A DNA stretch of 64,000 bases from the human T2T-CHM13v2.0 reference genome, Homo sapiens. The notes under the pieces were generated by a model that was not told the origin of the DNA, did no database searches, and worked only from the letters and a program-made list of their open reading frames with translations. A program made the position numbers and the translations under genes. The stretch is from NCBI RefSeq assembly GCF_009914755.1, contig NC_060932.1; one strand, 5' to 3'. This document shows, one piece after another, positions 13,803 to 29,141 of this stretch (its first letter is position 1; the number at the start of each line of letters is the position of its first letter).

Positions 13803-15066
13803 TTCCTACCTGTTAATTTTATGGTTGCTGGTATTTATCACTTATTAGAAACAGTTTGGATAATGATCTCACTTTTGACTACTAACCTTACAAAGAGAGT
13901 AAGCCCTGGGGTCTTCTACGTATGAGGTATTCTAGAGGGTGATGCTCCAAGAAGGGAGGAAGTTACAGTCTTGCCCTTAGGCAGTATTTTTTCTACTGGG
14001 GAGCAGGGTATAAGCAGATGGCTTCAGTGGAGCTGGTGGATCAGGTGGAGATTCTGTGTGGGGTGTACTCCACAGGCTTGGGAGTCTTGCACTTATACCT
14101 GCCCCTGACTGCTTTCCTTCTGATGGAAATCAGGGTGCCATTCAGCAATTTCTCCTTTGCTCACTTCTTTCAAGTAGCTCTAGGGATTTTTGTGGCTTAT
14201 AACTACCTAAACCCTGTCAAGACGATCAAAAGGCGATATTAGAAAAATAATACTACTGAAGATCAGTTGACCTGCGCGCACGCGTGAATGGAGAGCTGGT
14301 CTCTCGTGACGGACTTTTCTTACTTCATGCTTCTAGTTCTGGTTTGACACAGTAGCTCCTCATGGCCTTTGTGAGAGGAGACACCTAACACCGTTACAGT
14401 TGGAACCCTTTCTGCACTTTCTCTGTCACTTAGATCCAGTGCTCGTCCTATTCGTTTTATGTGGACTGGCAGAACAAAGATTTGATAGTTATTAGACATT
14501 CTTCAGGCTCCAGTGGGTTTCCTTTGTATTTCAGTCGCCTGTAATCTCGGCTGCCTCCGCCCTTTTCAGGTTGATGTGAAATCCCCACTGGACAGAAGCA
14601 AGAATAATTGTTTGTTATCAGAACTTTGATTAATTGTTTGAACATACATCATGATTCAGATATTATTTCTGAATTAGTGTGAATGTGTTTTCTATCCTAG
14701 CCTTTAATGTTTTTCATATCCTAGTTATTGATATCGTTTGGCGTTTGATTAATAATTATATAAACTTTATTTTGAGAATTTTCTCTAAAGAATTACAGAT
14801 GATACAGCTATCTAGGCTATAACAACAAAAATATATCCTTTAAACTTTTCCTGGGGAATTAAAAGTTGATTTGTGGGATGTTTAGGATGCAGTTAGTATG
14901 AATAGTTCATGTTAGATTCCTGTACACTTTGAGTTTATGAGATAATGAAGGTGACTGATTGAACATCAGATTTCCAGGCAATCCATAATGTTTACTCAAA
15001 TCTTCAAAAAGGCATTAGTAGTACTCTAATTAATAAAATGTAATACTCTTTCAATTTTTCCCCAAG

Positions 15067-15151
15067 ATATCATCTAAACTTGGTTCAACACAGTCTGGAT
15101 TTTTAGTTGAAGAGTCTCTTCCCCTTTCAGAGCTCACAGAGACTTCAAATG
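15067..15151 (+). CDS. CDCA2: CDCA2 exon 7
   Basis: ccaag|ATATCA...AATG|GTAAGT; 85 nt; ISSKLGSTQSGFLVEESLPLSELTETSN. Confidence 0.92.
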
Positions 15152-15791
15152 GTAAGTAATCTTTTCTTAGTACATGGCCAGTTGCCCGATTCATAGACAT
15201 TTATGATTAGTGTACCTATTTGCTAAAATTTGGGGGAACTGAAATTGTTTCCTACTTTTTAGGAGCTCATGGCCTAGTAGAAATGCTTCTGAATTCTTGT
15301 TATATGAGAGATACTCTCTTTTTTAAGCTACGATCAATAAGAATTAGTGAAGTATTTTCAAGCTCATGGAATTTAGTATAAAGAGGTAGCACCTATGAAC
15401 ATATTAACAAGTATTCTTTGTTATAGGAACACTACTTGTAATATTTTTATTTGTTTTTAAGCATGTAAAAAGAGTCTTACCAGGATGTAAAAATTATTCT
15501 TTCTCAAAATCAGTATGCTTGTACTGGGTGAACATTACTAGCAAGGGTTTAGATTGACTTTTTTTCTACTTGGGTCTTTAAAACTCTTATGGGCATATAA
15601 TTGGATCTTGTGTTTTATTAATCCATTCTGATAATTTATTGTAATTGGAATATTTCGCCTATTAACTTTTTAGGTAATTACTTAACATGGTTTTATTCAC
15701 ATCTGTCATTTTATCATATGTTTTCTATTCCTGATTATTGCTCTGTAATCTTTCATAGTCTGGTTAGTTGATATTATACAATTTCACATAA

Positions 15792-16232
<441 letters not shown>

Positions 16233-16526
16233 AAAACAGTTATATGTGCTTTAAATAGGTTAAGAGGGGAAAAATAGTCTTTTATATTTACCCAGATGTA
16301 CCATTTCTTATGTTGTTTGTTTTTTCCTAAAGATCTGAGTTTCTCTGTCTTATTTTCCTTCAACCTGAAAAAGAACTTCTTTAGCATTTTTGTAGTGAGC
16401 ATTTGCTCTGACTTTTAATTTTAATCATAAGATAAATGGGTGGATGTCCGCCTGCATGGTCCCCCTGCACAGGGCAAGGTTGTGAGTTTGTTACCACAAT
16501 GGAATAAGGTGTTCTTGCCTTCAATG

Positions 16527-16833
16527 TTTTCTTTCTTCTTCTTCTTCTTCTTCTTATTTTTGAGACAGAGTCTCGCTCTGTTGACCAGGCTGGAGTGCAG
16601 TGGCACAATCTCAGCTTACTGCAACCTCTGCCTCCTGGATTCAAGCAATTATCTGCCTCGGCCTCCCAAGTAGCTAGAATTACAGGTGCCTGCCACCAAG
16701 CCCAGCTGAGTTTTTTGTATTTTCAGTTGAAACAGGGTTTCACCATCTTGGCCAGGCTGGTCTTGAACTCCTGACCTCATGATCCACCCATCTCAGCCTC
16801 CCAAAGTGCTGGGATTTGCCACCGTGCCCGGCC
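16527..16833 (-). mobile_element. Alu (AluS) with a (TTC)n tail
   Basis: Antisense dimer. Confidence 0.94.
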
Positions 16834-17229
16834 CAACAGTTTCTTAACAATTCTTTTTGCTTTGCTCTTATGGGACTTTGCGTAGGAGTGACAGATTCTC
16901 TGTGACAGTGATTATAGATTGTATGAAGTGTAGCGATTCACAGTTGTCATCATACTAAACACCTCACTCTACAATGTGAAATGTTGAAATCACACAGGCC
17001 AAAATTTTATTTAGGCATGCCATGAGGCCGTACTCAGAAACAGTGTAATTAAACAGGGAAGAATAGATCTACCATAGTAGATGGGGCCTTGATGAAAGGA
17101 GTCTGGTGTTGATTTCTGTATTTTAAACTGCGTTGTTTTTTGGTGGCACCCCAGACAGTGCACCTTCAGGAAGAATAAAAAGATGTTCCGAGATGGAATC
17201 AAATGTCTCTTTGTTAAGGGGGAGCTTAG

Positions 17230-17808
<579 letters not shown>

Positions 17809-18617
17809 TAAAATTTAGATACATATAATTTATGTTTTCAACAGATAATTTTATAGTGTGTCATGTAATTGTTTTGTTTTTCTTAAATTTATTACTATTA
17901 TTTTTGAATGACAAACCATAACTGTATATATTTATGGGGAACAATATGATATTTTGATATATTTATACAATGTGGCATTATTAAATCAGGCTAATTAACA
18001 TGTCCCTCACTTCACTTACCTGTCATTTTTTTTTATGGTGAGACGTTTGAAAATTACTCTCTTAGTTATTTTGAAATATGTAATACACTAATATTGACTA
18101 TAGACACTGTTGTGCAATAGATCTCAAAACTGATTCCACTTATCTATCTGAAACCTTGTATTCTTTGATCAACAATTCCCCATTTCCTTCCTCACCACTT
18201 CTACAGCCTCTGGTAACCACTATTCAACTCTTTACTTCAATAAATTCAACTTTGTTAGATTCCTCATGTAGGTGAAATCATGTGGTTTTTGTCTTTTGTG
18301 CCTGGCTTATTTCACTTAGCAAAATCTCTTCCAGATTCATCCATGTTGTTGCAAATGAGAGTCTCCTCGCTTTTAGGGTTAAATAGTATTCTGCTGTGTG
18401 TATATATACCACGTTTTCTTTATCCATTCACCCATTAATGGATGCTTTTTCATTGATGAGAATGATGTTAGCGACAGGTTTGTCATGTATGTCCTTTATT
18501 GCGTTGAAGAACATTCTGTTCCTAGTCTGAGAATTTTTATTGTGATATTGTGTTAATTTTATCAAATGCTTTTTCTCCATCTATTGAGGTGATCATATGG
18601 TTTTTATTTTTCATCTT

Positions 18618-19228
18618 TTTTCATTTTTCAAGAGCGTTTATTAAAATAGGCAGTAATCAGTACATGTGCATCATATGAGCATTTATTCAAAATCAGCCCT
18701 TCCAGGAGAGGGGCTGCATCTCAGTTTTTCTATCTATATAATTAAAATGACAAAAGTACTTCCCTAAAGTAGAAAGGCATTTCATTAGTAGTCTTGGGAC
18801 CATAACAGAATATGATTACTAAACATCTCCAACGTGGTTTTCATTACAGAGAAACATGTTTCACATAAGAGCTTCATAATATAATCCAGAGACAGAATTT
18901 GTGCATGGTTAAAATTTGAAGCCAGACTATTTCTGATACATATTTTTTTCATTTCTTCCGGTTTTTATTTTTGTAAATATGCATCCAGTTTCCTACCAGT
19001 TTAAAACACACACACAAAACACTGCTCAGAGCACCATGAATGCCTTACAGTAGCTTCTTTGAGACTATAATCCTAATTCAAGGAGGGCAGTACTAATTTC
19101 TATTCTGACTTGCTCCTTTCCCCAAATCTCAGCAATTGTCAGATACAAAAAAAGGTTTCTGGGCAGAGGGCCAAAGAATAATTATGAATAATTTCACAAT
19201 GATCTGGTTAAGAAAACACACAGAAAAT
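18618..19228 (-). pseudogene. Retroposed mRNA 3'UTR-like fragment (parent gene not identified)
   Basis: Non-L1 insert flanked by a 30-bp direct repeat (28/30 identical); minus-strand AATAAA about 15 nt before an A-run. Confidence 0.72.
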
Positions 19229-20291
19229 GGTGATGATATGGTTTCTATTTTTCATCTTCTTTATGTCATGTATCACATAGATTTGCATATGTTGAACCAT
19301 CCTTGAATCCCAGGGATAAATCTAATTTGATCATGGTGAATGATTCTTTTAATGTGTTCCTGAATTAGGTTTGCTAATATTTTGTGGAGGATTTTTGCAT
19401 CTTTGTTCACCAGGGATATTGGTGTATAATTTTCTTATATGTAGCAGGGTAGTGCTAACCTTCTAAAATGACAAGGAAGTATTTGGAAGTATTTTCTCTA
19501 CTTTTATTTGTTTTGAAAGTGTTTGAGAAAACTTGTCAGTTCTTTAAATGTTTGATGGAAGTCAGCAATAAAGCCATCTGGTCCTGGGCTTTTCTTTTGG
19601 TGGGACATTTTTATTACTAATTCAGTCGTCTTCTCACTCATTATTGGTCTTTTGAGATTTTCTATTGGTTCATGATCCATTTCTTTTATCCAATTTCTTG
19701 GCATTTAATTATTCATAGTAGTTGCTTGTGATCCTTTGTATTTTGGTGTCAGGTTCTCTGGTTGCTTCCTGTGCTCTGAAGTCAAATGATATTGCTAGCT
19801 GTCCTCCATGGTCTAGTAAGATCACTGGCTGGACTCTGCCTTCAGTCAGGTAGAGCTGCTCTCTGGGTTCTGTGATTGTCTCTGATTTGGCAGAGTTGCA
19901 GGTTGTCTTCCTTGGCTGGTCAGTACTATTGTTTGGAATCTGTAGTTGGGCAGAACCATGTGATGGGCTCTGAGTCTGCTTGAGGTTGTTGCTTGGCCCC
20001 ATAGGGTGGGCAGGGCCTGAGGCTGTACTCCACAGATGTGTGTGGATTCGGGCTTGCCTCCCAGCCCAGGGTAGGGTTAAGCAGAGCACTGAGATTTGGT
20101 AGAGTCACTTCTCTGCAGCTGGGGTCGAGCAGGGACAGATGCTCCTTCCACAGGTAATCACTGACACAGCCTGGCTTAGGGAAGACTTAGTGACAGCACA
20201 AGGGCTTAGTTTGATCACCTTTCCACTGCTAGGATTGGGTAGGCCCAGATGTACCTTTCATGTGTAATTGCTGACCTACAGTTGCTCCCCC

Positions 20292-20416
20292 TAAGCCAAA
20301 ATCCAAACTCTGAAAATTTTTGAGTGCCAACATGATGCTCAAAGGAGATGGTTATTGGAGCATTTCTGGATTTTCAGGTTAGAGACGCTTGACTAGTAAG
20401 TAGAATGCAAATATTT
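20292..20416 (+). mobile_element. Tigger4a (MER46/Zombi) internal fragment
   Basis: CATGATGCTCAAAGGAGATGGTTATTGGAGCATTT...; no termini. Confidence 0.8.
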
Positions 20417-20417
20417 G

Positions 20418-20715
<298 letters not shown>

Positions 20716-21727
20716 TTAATGCAACCACCAGAACTTAGTTGGCTCACATCTTTACAGCTAGGGTTAGATGGGGCCAGATATTTCCTCTGTGGGCAATCAC
20801 TGACCTACAGTTGCTTCTCGACCTGGCGAAGACCTGATGGGAGCACCCAGGCTGTGTGGGGAAGCTGGACAGGGATTTTAACCTGGAAGACCCACTAACC
20901 ATGTTTCCTGCAGTTTAATACTGCTGGCTGGTTTCTCTGGTGTGGCATCTCTGTTAGCTGGAATGCAGGAAGCCACCAGAATTCGCTCTCTGGTGGCTGT
21001 GATCCCCATCCCACGTTCTTTGTTTTTATCTGCCCCCCAGTGGCCCAGCCTTGCCAGTACTCCCAGTGTTTCCTGGGGGACAAGACAGGAGTGCAGCTCC
21101 TGCGAAGTATCCCAGAATGGTGGGGAAGCCAAACGTCTGCTTCCCACTCACTCTTCCCACTGTAGAAACTGTGGGTCCAGGGGAATTCTCTGTGTGTGGC
21201 ACTGTGCCAGTTGGGAGAAGGGCAGCACAGTCAAACAGAAAAGTTTCTTACCACTTGTTTGTGGCTTTTCTCCATTCTGGGGTCCAAGGAGGTGTGTCAA
21301 CCTCACTCCCAAATTCTGGGATATTCAGAATGTTATTTTTGCCTGCAGATAGTTGCTCATTGGATTTCTCTGGGAACAGGGAATGAAGCCACAGAACTCT
21401 TACTCCACTATCTCCCCCACATCACTCCAGTGTTTTTGTTTTATATCAAAGTACACATACGTAAGGAATTAGATATAATTCAGATTTAACTGGGCCCCTG
21501 CATCTTTATTTGCCAAACCTGGCAGCTCTACTCATGAGTGATCTGAGAGAAAGTTCCCTGGTAGCCTTTTGCAGTTCCTTGCTTCCTGTACCATTGAGAA
21601 AATAAGAGATTTTGGGAGCAAAGGTCTTGGTCCTCTCACCCCTAAGCCCTCCTGCATCTCTGTATGTGTGTATCTACCTTTGCTCCTCTTTCAAAAGGGT
21701 CTCAATGTTCTTACCTAGGGCCAGCCT

Positions 21728-22032
21728 CTTTTTTTTCTTTTTTTTTTTTGAGATGGAGCCTCGCTCTGCCACCCAGGCTGTAGTGCAATGGTGCGGCCCC
21801 AGCTCACTGCAACCTCTGCCTCCTGGGTTCAGGTGATTCTCCTAACCCAGCCCTCCTGAGTAGCTGGGACTACAGGTGCCCGCCACCACACCCAGCTAAT
21901 TTTTGTATTTTTAGTAGAGATGCTGTCTCACCATGTTGGCCGGGCTGCTCTCAAACTCCTAACCTCTGGTGATCTGCCCACCTAGGCCTCCCAAAGTGCT
22001 GGAATTACAGGCATGAGCCACCACGCCTGGCC
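21728..22032 (-). mobile_element. Alu (AluS)
   Basis: Antisense dimer. Confidence 0.94.
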
Positions 22033-22599
22033 TCTACCCTCTTTTTTAGGGACTGATTCCCATTGCTCCTTCTCTTTCTAAGGACCTTGTGTCTGAGTTG
22101 TCTCCTCTCTTTTCTGAATTGTTAACTTTTCTTATTCAGCTACAAGATGCTGTAAAATATCCCATCTTAAACTTCCCTTTGCCCCAGGATTGCCTTCTAG
22201 CCAGAACACCATTTCTTTACTCTACTTTAGGCAAAACTTTTAAGAGAAGGCCACACTCTGTCTCCTTGCCTCCCATTCTTTCTTGATCCAGCTCCAAATA
22301 GGCCTTGTTGACCAGCCATCTCCTGGCTGCCAACCCAGTGGTAGTCAGACTCAACACATTCCTTTCCTTGATGTCTTAGCAGCACTATGGACGGATATAG
22401 ACATCTACAACCAGGCCCTCCTGTGAGAAGCCTTTTCCTCACCTGGGTTTCAGGATGTCATTCTCATTTTCCCTTGCATCACTGACCATTTCCTCTTTGT
22501 GTATTTTCTTTGCTCCTCTTCTTTCATCCTGACCTTCAAATATTTGAATGCCCCCCCTCGACCTTCATGTTCGGTGCTTGGACCTTTTGTCTCTATATA

Positions 22600-22813
22600 C
22601 AGGTTGAGCATCTGTAAGCCAAAAATCCAAATTCTGTAACTTTTTGAGTGCAAACATGACACTCAAAGGAGATGGTTATTGGAGCATTTCTGGATTTTCA
22701 GGTTAGAGATGCTTGACTGGTAAGTAGAATGCAAATATTTCAAAATCTGAAAAAAATTTGTAATCTGAAACACTTCTGATCCCAAGCATTTTGGATAAAG
22801 GATACCCAATGTG
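22600..22813 (+). mobile_element. Tigger4a (MER46A), near full length
   Basis: TA|CAGGTTGAGCATC...CCCAAGCATTTTGGATAAAGGATAC. Confidence 0.85.
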
Positions 22814-23094
22814 AACTCTTTCTAGGTGACTTCAAACATTATCACATGCTGTTGACTTCAAATTAAAATAGTTGCCCGTGGCCTTTTCCCGGAACTCTTG
22901 AATTAAGTATCCAGCTCCCTTTCATGACCTTCACTTGAATGCCTAATAAACATCTCAAACTGAACATAGTCAAATAGGTCTTGATGATTTTTTCCTTCAC
23001 CAACCTGCTCATCTCTATTTTCCTCATCTTAGTAAATGACACTCTCATTCACCTCATTGCTGTATCTCAAATATTGGACTTAACTTGATACCTT

Positions 23095-23427
<333 letters not shown>

Positions 23428-24057
23428 TGAAACTTGTAATCGCATTGACAAATGCTACTAGGTCTTCAAAATATGTCAAATGTCCACCCACTTCTCACCT
23501 TTTGCATTCCTATCAGTGTGGTCCAGGCCATCACCATCTCCTGCCTGGATTTTTTTATGTATCCTCTGAAGTGGTTTTCCTGCTTCCCCTCTTTCCCCAA
23601 TCCCCTGTTACAGTTTTTCACACAGTAGCCAGAGCACTGGTTTTAAAATGTAAGTCACAGTATCTCACTGCCCTCCTCAAAATCTTTCATCGACTTCCTG
23701 TTATACTTAGAGAAGTAGCCAAAGACCATATTATTTCTACTAGGCCTTCCCTGGCCTGGTTCTTAACCTTTGCTCTGAGCTTATTTCTCAGCTCTCTTGT
23801 CCATGCCCACTGTTCCAGCCACAGCAGCCTTGCTGGGCCTCTGCTATGCCAGGTACATCTTTACCTCAGGTCTTTGCACTTGGCTTTGTGTGCATAATGT
23901 CCATCCCTAGATCTATGTGTGGTTCGCCTTGTTCTTTTCAGGTGTCTGCTCAGGAACTCTCTGTTTACCCAAAACAGTAGCACTTCCTTCCAGCTTATCA
24001 TACTGTATTCCTCTCTTGCTACATTATTTTCCTTAATAGCATATATTAACTACTTGT

Positions 24058-24059
<2 letters not shown>

Positions 24060-24088
<29 letters not shown>

Positions 24089-24430
24089 TAACTTTTTACT
24101 TGAAATAACTATAAATTTGCTATCTAGTTGTAAGAAATAATATAAAGAAATCCAGTATTCCCTTCACCTAGTTTCCCGCAGTAGTGACATGTTGCATAGC
24201 TACGATATATTAATATCACAACCAGGAAATTGACATTGCTACAATCCACCAACTTGTTTTCAGATTTCACCAGTTTTACATGCACATACTTTTTGTGTAT
24301 GTTTAGTCCGTGTGGTTTTATCACATGTGGATTCATGTGAGCACAGTACAGCCAAGCCACAGCATGGTTCTGTCCTGAGGATCCTCATGTTACCCTTCAT
24401 AGCCATCACTCTTTCCCTCTCCCTCCTCCC
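24060..24430 (-). mobile_element. (TA)n plus an L1MC-like 3' end
   Basis: CCCTTCACCTAGTTTCCC...CACAACCAGGAAATTGACATTG. Confidence 0.7.
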
Positions 24431-25087
24431 TGCTGTGAGATTTTATAATCCCTGCTTATTCCGTGCTGGTTTTGGGGGTTTGCTCATCTTTACTTCTTCA
24501 GCACCCAGAGGAGTGCCTGTCACATCATGTATTTGTTCAATGGATCACTTAATCATAAGGCAACGCTCTCCTGTGGGAAGAATTTGGGAAGAAAAGCCAC
24601 GCCTGTTTGGGGCACATACAGTGTGTTTATAGTTTGGTGTGATGATCTTTCTTTTCTCATTCCTGCCACCCTCGGATGTTGAAATGCCTGTGACTCTAGC
24701 GGTAAAATTGCTTATTAGTCAATGCTTGGCTCAGATTAGTTTTTATGGTCCAAGTAGTGGGTGTCATGAGTAGAGGCACGCTAATAGCTTATAGCTGATT
24801 CATGATACCTTCTTTCAACCTCTGACTCAGAGATTTCCTGGGGAGCCAAATCCCCATACCCACTTTACCCTTCGTAGTCCGATTTGAGGTAAAAACTGAC
24901 CGATGCTGCTTCTTTACCTCCTTTTCTGTTTCCAAATGAAATCCCAGACGTTACTGCCCAATCAGGTTATATTAGGTTTGAATTTCTTCATAGCATGTTA
25001 TTATCTTTGCAAATACTATATTTTTGGTCTAGAACAAACAGATTTAAGAGATCTTCTGCCTCTCAAGTTTACATGTTTATCTTGAAG

Positions 25088-25299
25088 CACTAAAGGTTGC
25101 TGACTGTGTAGTGGGCAAAGGATCAAGTGATGCCGTTTCGCCTGACACGTTCACAGCAGAAGTGAGCTCAGACGCAGTCCCTGATGTCAGGTCACCAGCT
25201 ACTCCAGCCTGCAGGAGGGACCTTCCCACCCCCAAGACCTTTGTACTTCGTTCTGTACTGAAGAAACCCTCTGTTAAGATGTGTCTAGAGAGCTTACAG
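25088..25299 (+). CDS. CDCA2: CDCA2 exon 8
   Basis: tgaag|CACTA...ACAG|GTAAGA; 212 nt; includes LRSVLKK. Confidence 0.94.
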
Positions 25300-25939
25300 G
25301 TAAGAAGAGAGTTAAATTTCCTAAAGCAAATGAATAAAAATGCATTTTGCTTCAAAGTAATACCCTTGAAATGTCATATATCATGCTAGTTTAAAAGGAA
25401 ATGTCTTACTCGTCTTACCGTAAATTTTTTTCCTCATCTTTTCTTATTAACAACACTGGGTGTAGTTTCTTTTTGTTCTTATTTTTAAAAAATTAAGTAT
25501 CGTATATAGCATGCAGAATTTAATGTAAGTAGACTGTAGTTTATAAAGGGTCATAATCTTACATAATCTTATTGCACTAACATAATTATATGTTATTGAT
25601 TCATTTTATATAATTATATAAGTGATATTAATTACTTAATCATAATTAATGTGTCAATCTGTTAAACTGATCATTCCACCCAAAATATTTAGTCTTAAAA
25701 GTACCTCTTATAGCCATCCTTTTTTCTCGAAGCTCAGTCAATATGAGGAAAGAGAAAGTTGATGGGAACTAGCTGGCATTTATTGAGTAGTTTCTGTTGA
25801 CAGTTCTGGCATATATATATAACAGTAGTGCTCCGAGAAAGGTATAGGACCTGTTTGACATACACTTAGGCTTGTAGGTTGTTAAGTGAACCCAGATAAG
25901 TCTGCTGTTAAAATCCATGACAGGCTGTCAGTCCATGAG

Positions 25940-26130
25940 AGGTTGAGAGCCTAGCCTCAGGAGTCAAAATGCCAAGTTTCAGATCTTGACTTGGAAATGT
26001 AATCACTGAGCAAATTATTTGACCTTTCTCTGCCTGGTTTCCTTATCTATAAAAATGTAAAGTTGGTAACTACTTTTAGAGTAATTTGAGCATTAAATGG
26101 GATAATATAAAATCACCACGAGTGTCTGGC
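25940..26130 (+). mobile_element. MIR
   Basis: MIR core: GCAAATTATTTGACCTTTCTCTGCCTGGTTTCCTTATCTATAAAAATG. Confidence 0.7.
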
Positions 26131-26312
26131 ACTTCAGAAATACAAATCTTTTTTTCAAACCATAAGCATTTTAACATACAAGTATGCCTACAAGCCTGTT
26201 CTGATTTGTTCTGAAGCCAAAAGGAACTAAATTACCTTCTATTTACATGGATCATTGATGGTCAATTGCTATTTGTAAAGCTTTAACAATTTTGTTCAAA
26301 GAGCTGATTTGG

Positions 26313-26426
26313 GGCCAGGTACAATAGCTCACACCTGTAATCCCCTGACTTTGGAAGGCCAACACTGAAGGATCGCTTGAGCCCAGGAGTTTGAGACCAG
26401 TCTGGGACCAAAAAAAAAAAAAAAAA
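26313..26426 (+). mobile_element. Free/truncated left Alu monomer
   Basis: Monomer plus A-run; TSD AGCTGATTTGGG. Confidence 0.88.
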
Positions 26427-26584
26427 GCTGATTTGGGTCTGTAATACACACAGCACTGTTTGTTCATATCTTCTCCTCAAAAAGACTTAACATCTGAACG
26501 ATCCATGGAACTCTTACTTTCTAACAATATGACACAGCAAATATTAAGTCTTGTCATTAGAATCATGTGAAAACATTTACAACT

Positions 26585-26880
26585 GGCCGGGCGTGGTGGC
26601 TTATGCCTGTAATCCCAGCACTTTGGGAGGCCGAGGCAGGTGGATCACAAGGTCAGGAGATAGAGACCGTCCTGGCTGACACAGTGAAACCCCATCTCTA
26701 CTAAAAATACAAAAAATTAGCCGGGCGTAGTGGCGGGCACCTGTAGTCCCAGCTACTCGGGAGGCTGGGGCAGGAGAATGGCGTGAACCCAGGGGGCAGA
26801 GCTTTCAGTGAGCCGAGATTGTGCCCCTGCACTCCAGCCTGGGCAACAGAGCGAGACTCCATCTCCAAAAAAAAAGAAAA
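26585..26880 (+). mobile_element. Alu (AluY-like)
   Basis: GAATGGCGTGAACCC; perfect 16-bp TSD GAAAACATTTACAACT. Confidence 0.95.
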
Positions 26881-27589
26881 GAAAACATTTACAACTAATG
26901 ATCTTTATACTAAGATGGCAAAAATTAGGAGGCATATAAAATGTGAGTTGTTTGCTGACTTTTCTGATTTAGTTAAAAATAAATCTAAAAGTAAACATGA
27001 GCTTTGTTGTATAAGTTAACTTATTTTGCAATATTGGTATGTACATTTTCCTGGTCAGAAAAATGAACTGACTTGAGAGACAGATGAAGGAGATTTGTTT
27101 GGGGCAGGACTATTTCTTAGAGCAGGTAATGTTCTTAGAATTGGATGTACAGGAGAAAATGAGGAATTCTTGATAACAAGGACTGGTCAGAGGTTTAGGT
27201 TGAGGCCGGATGAGTAGGTGGTGATTAAGAGGGAACTTTGATCCAGTCTGCAGCCCTGGCTGTCTCCTGCTGAGCTCCAGGGGCCCTGTGTTTAGACTCG
27301 TTCTGTCTTTTTATACAGGGCTTACAATATCCCTTCTTTCCTAACTTGCCTACACTGTATTCTTTATTTGCAGAAACACACAGGGACAACTGCTACCTTC
27401 TTTCCTTGTTTCTTCCTCAAGAATATAGTAATGTAAAAAGATTCAAATACTAAGAATAGGTGTGGTTCCCATGTTTAAAAGACAGAACACGATGTTATAC
27501 CATTTAACTGTTGGCTTTTTTTCTTGTTTTAATGCAGTTCTTCTATCTGGGATCATTTACATAGTTTTCCTCATCTGACACCATATATG

Positions 27590-28255
27590 GTACTTGTAAC
27601 CTTCAAATCTGTTGGTTCTGCATCCATGGATTGAACCAACCACAGATCAAAAATTATCAGGGAAAAAAGTCACAAAACACATAAAAACAATAACATATAA
27701 CAGCATCATACCATACATATTAACAATACCATTTAACAATGCCATTTAAAAGTATTCTTTTAGGTTGGGCTCAGTGGCTCCCAGCTGTAATCCCAGCACT
27801 TTGGGAGGCCGAGGCACACGGATTGCTTGAGCTCATGGGTTCAAGACCTGCCTGGGCAACATGGCGAAACCTCGTCTCTACAAAAAAATACAAAAATTAG
27901 CTGGGTGTGGTAGTGCGCACCTGTAGTCCCAGTTACTCAGGAGGCTGAGGTAGGAGAATGGCTTGAACCTGGGTGACAGGTTGCAGTGACCTGAGATTGC
28001 ACTGCTGCACTCCAGCCTGGGTGATAGAGCCAGACCTTGTCTCAAAAATAAATAAATAAATAAAAAGTATGCTTTTACATGACATTTACATTGTATTAGG
28101 TATTATAAGTATTATTTAAAGTATACGGGAGGATGTACTCAGGTTGTATGTAAATAGTATGCCATTATATAAAAGGGACTTGAGCATCCGTGGATTTTGG
28201 TATCTTCGGGGGCCCTAAAACTAATCTCCCATAGATATTGAGCAATGACCATATG
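27590..28255. mobile_element. MER2-like (Tigger) element split by an Alu
   Basis: TCTGCATCCATGGATTGAACCAACCACAGATC...GGGACTTGAGCATCCGTGGATTTTGGTATC. Confidence 0.78.
27763..28062 (+). mobile_element. Alu (AluJ/S)
   Basis: Dimer; TSD AAAAGTAT(T/G)CTTTTA. Confidence 0.94.
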
Positions 28256-28574
28256 CTATTATTCTAGCTACTCACGTTTTCCTTAGCTTTATTTGCTAGA
28301 TCAAACATTGAATGAATTTGACCCATGTTTATTGATTTCTATGCTTTAATTTTGCCCTAAAATTCTGTTTTCTAAAGTAGTATCTAGGGGACATAGTTAT
28401 GATTTGTGCCTGATATCATGGTTTTGAGCCAGAACAATTATTGAAAATAAAGGTAATCTTTAATACTGGAATATCTATCTGCAGTTGACAGAGAATTTCA
28501 AAACTGCTGTTCTTAATGATGACGTCTATGTATTTCTATATGTAAAATTATTCATTAATGTTTATTCTGTTTAG

Positions 28575-28662
28575 GAACACTGTAACAACCTCTATGATGA
28601 TGATGGGACTCATCCGAGCTTAATCTCAAATCTCCCAAACTGTTGCAAAGAGAAAGAAGCAG
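28575..28662 (+). CDS. CDCA2: CDCA2 exon 9
   Basis: tttag|GAACAC...GCAG|GTAAGA; 88 nt; EHCNNLYDDDG...KEA. Confidence 0.93.
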
Positions 28663-29141
28663 GTAAGAAATTCATACTTGTTTTTAAGCTTGAGGATATC
28701 ATTTTCATGTTAGTAAAACCTAGTATAATATATGAAATTTTCAATGATCTATAATGCCTTAGTGCTTCTGAAATAACACGTGAATGAAGAACAGTTGAGA
28801 AGGTTAGAATCTCCTTGGAGAGCCTCAGAATTGGTCTGTCCATTTCATGGATCCATTTTTACTTAGTGGTGGTATTTGTAAAGAAAATTTATATTTCAAT
28901 TTTATTAACGTTTAATATGCAAATTTTTACTTGGAAATCTGTTGCCATATTTTAATTGGAAATGTGCTTATCTTCTCCATTTTGAATTTGCTCTACCAAC
29001 AATTATTTTATAGCTTTGCTTTACTAGCTATTATACAAATAATAGCTGAATATTATCACATTAAAAGATTCTAGTATATGCCTTTTAGATAAGAAATATA
29101 GCTTAATTTTTAAGTTACTCTCATTTATTGTCTAATTATAG

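Noticed and set aside
19504-19704. ORF with an L1 ORF2 motif KSPGPDGF
   Set aside because: Decayed L1 remnant, not an intact gene.
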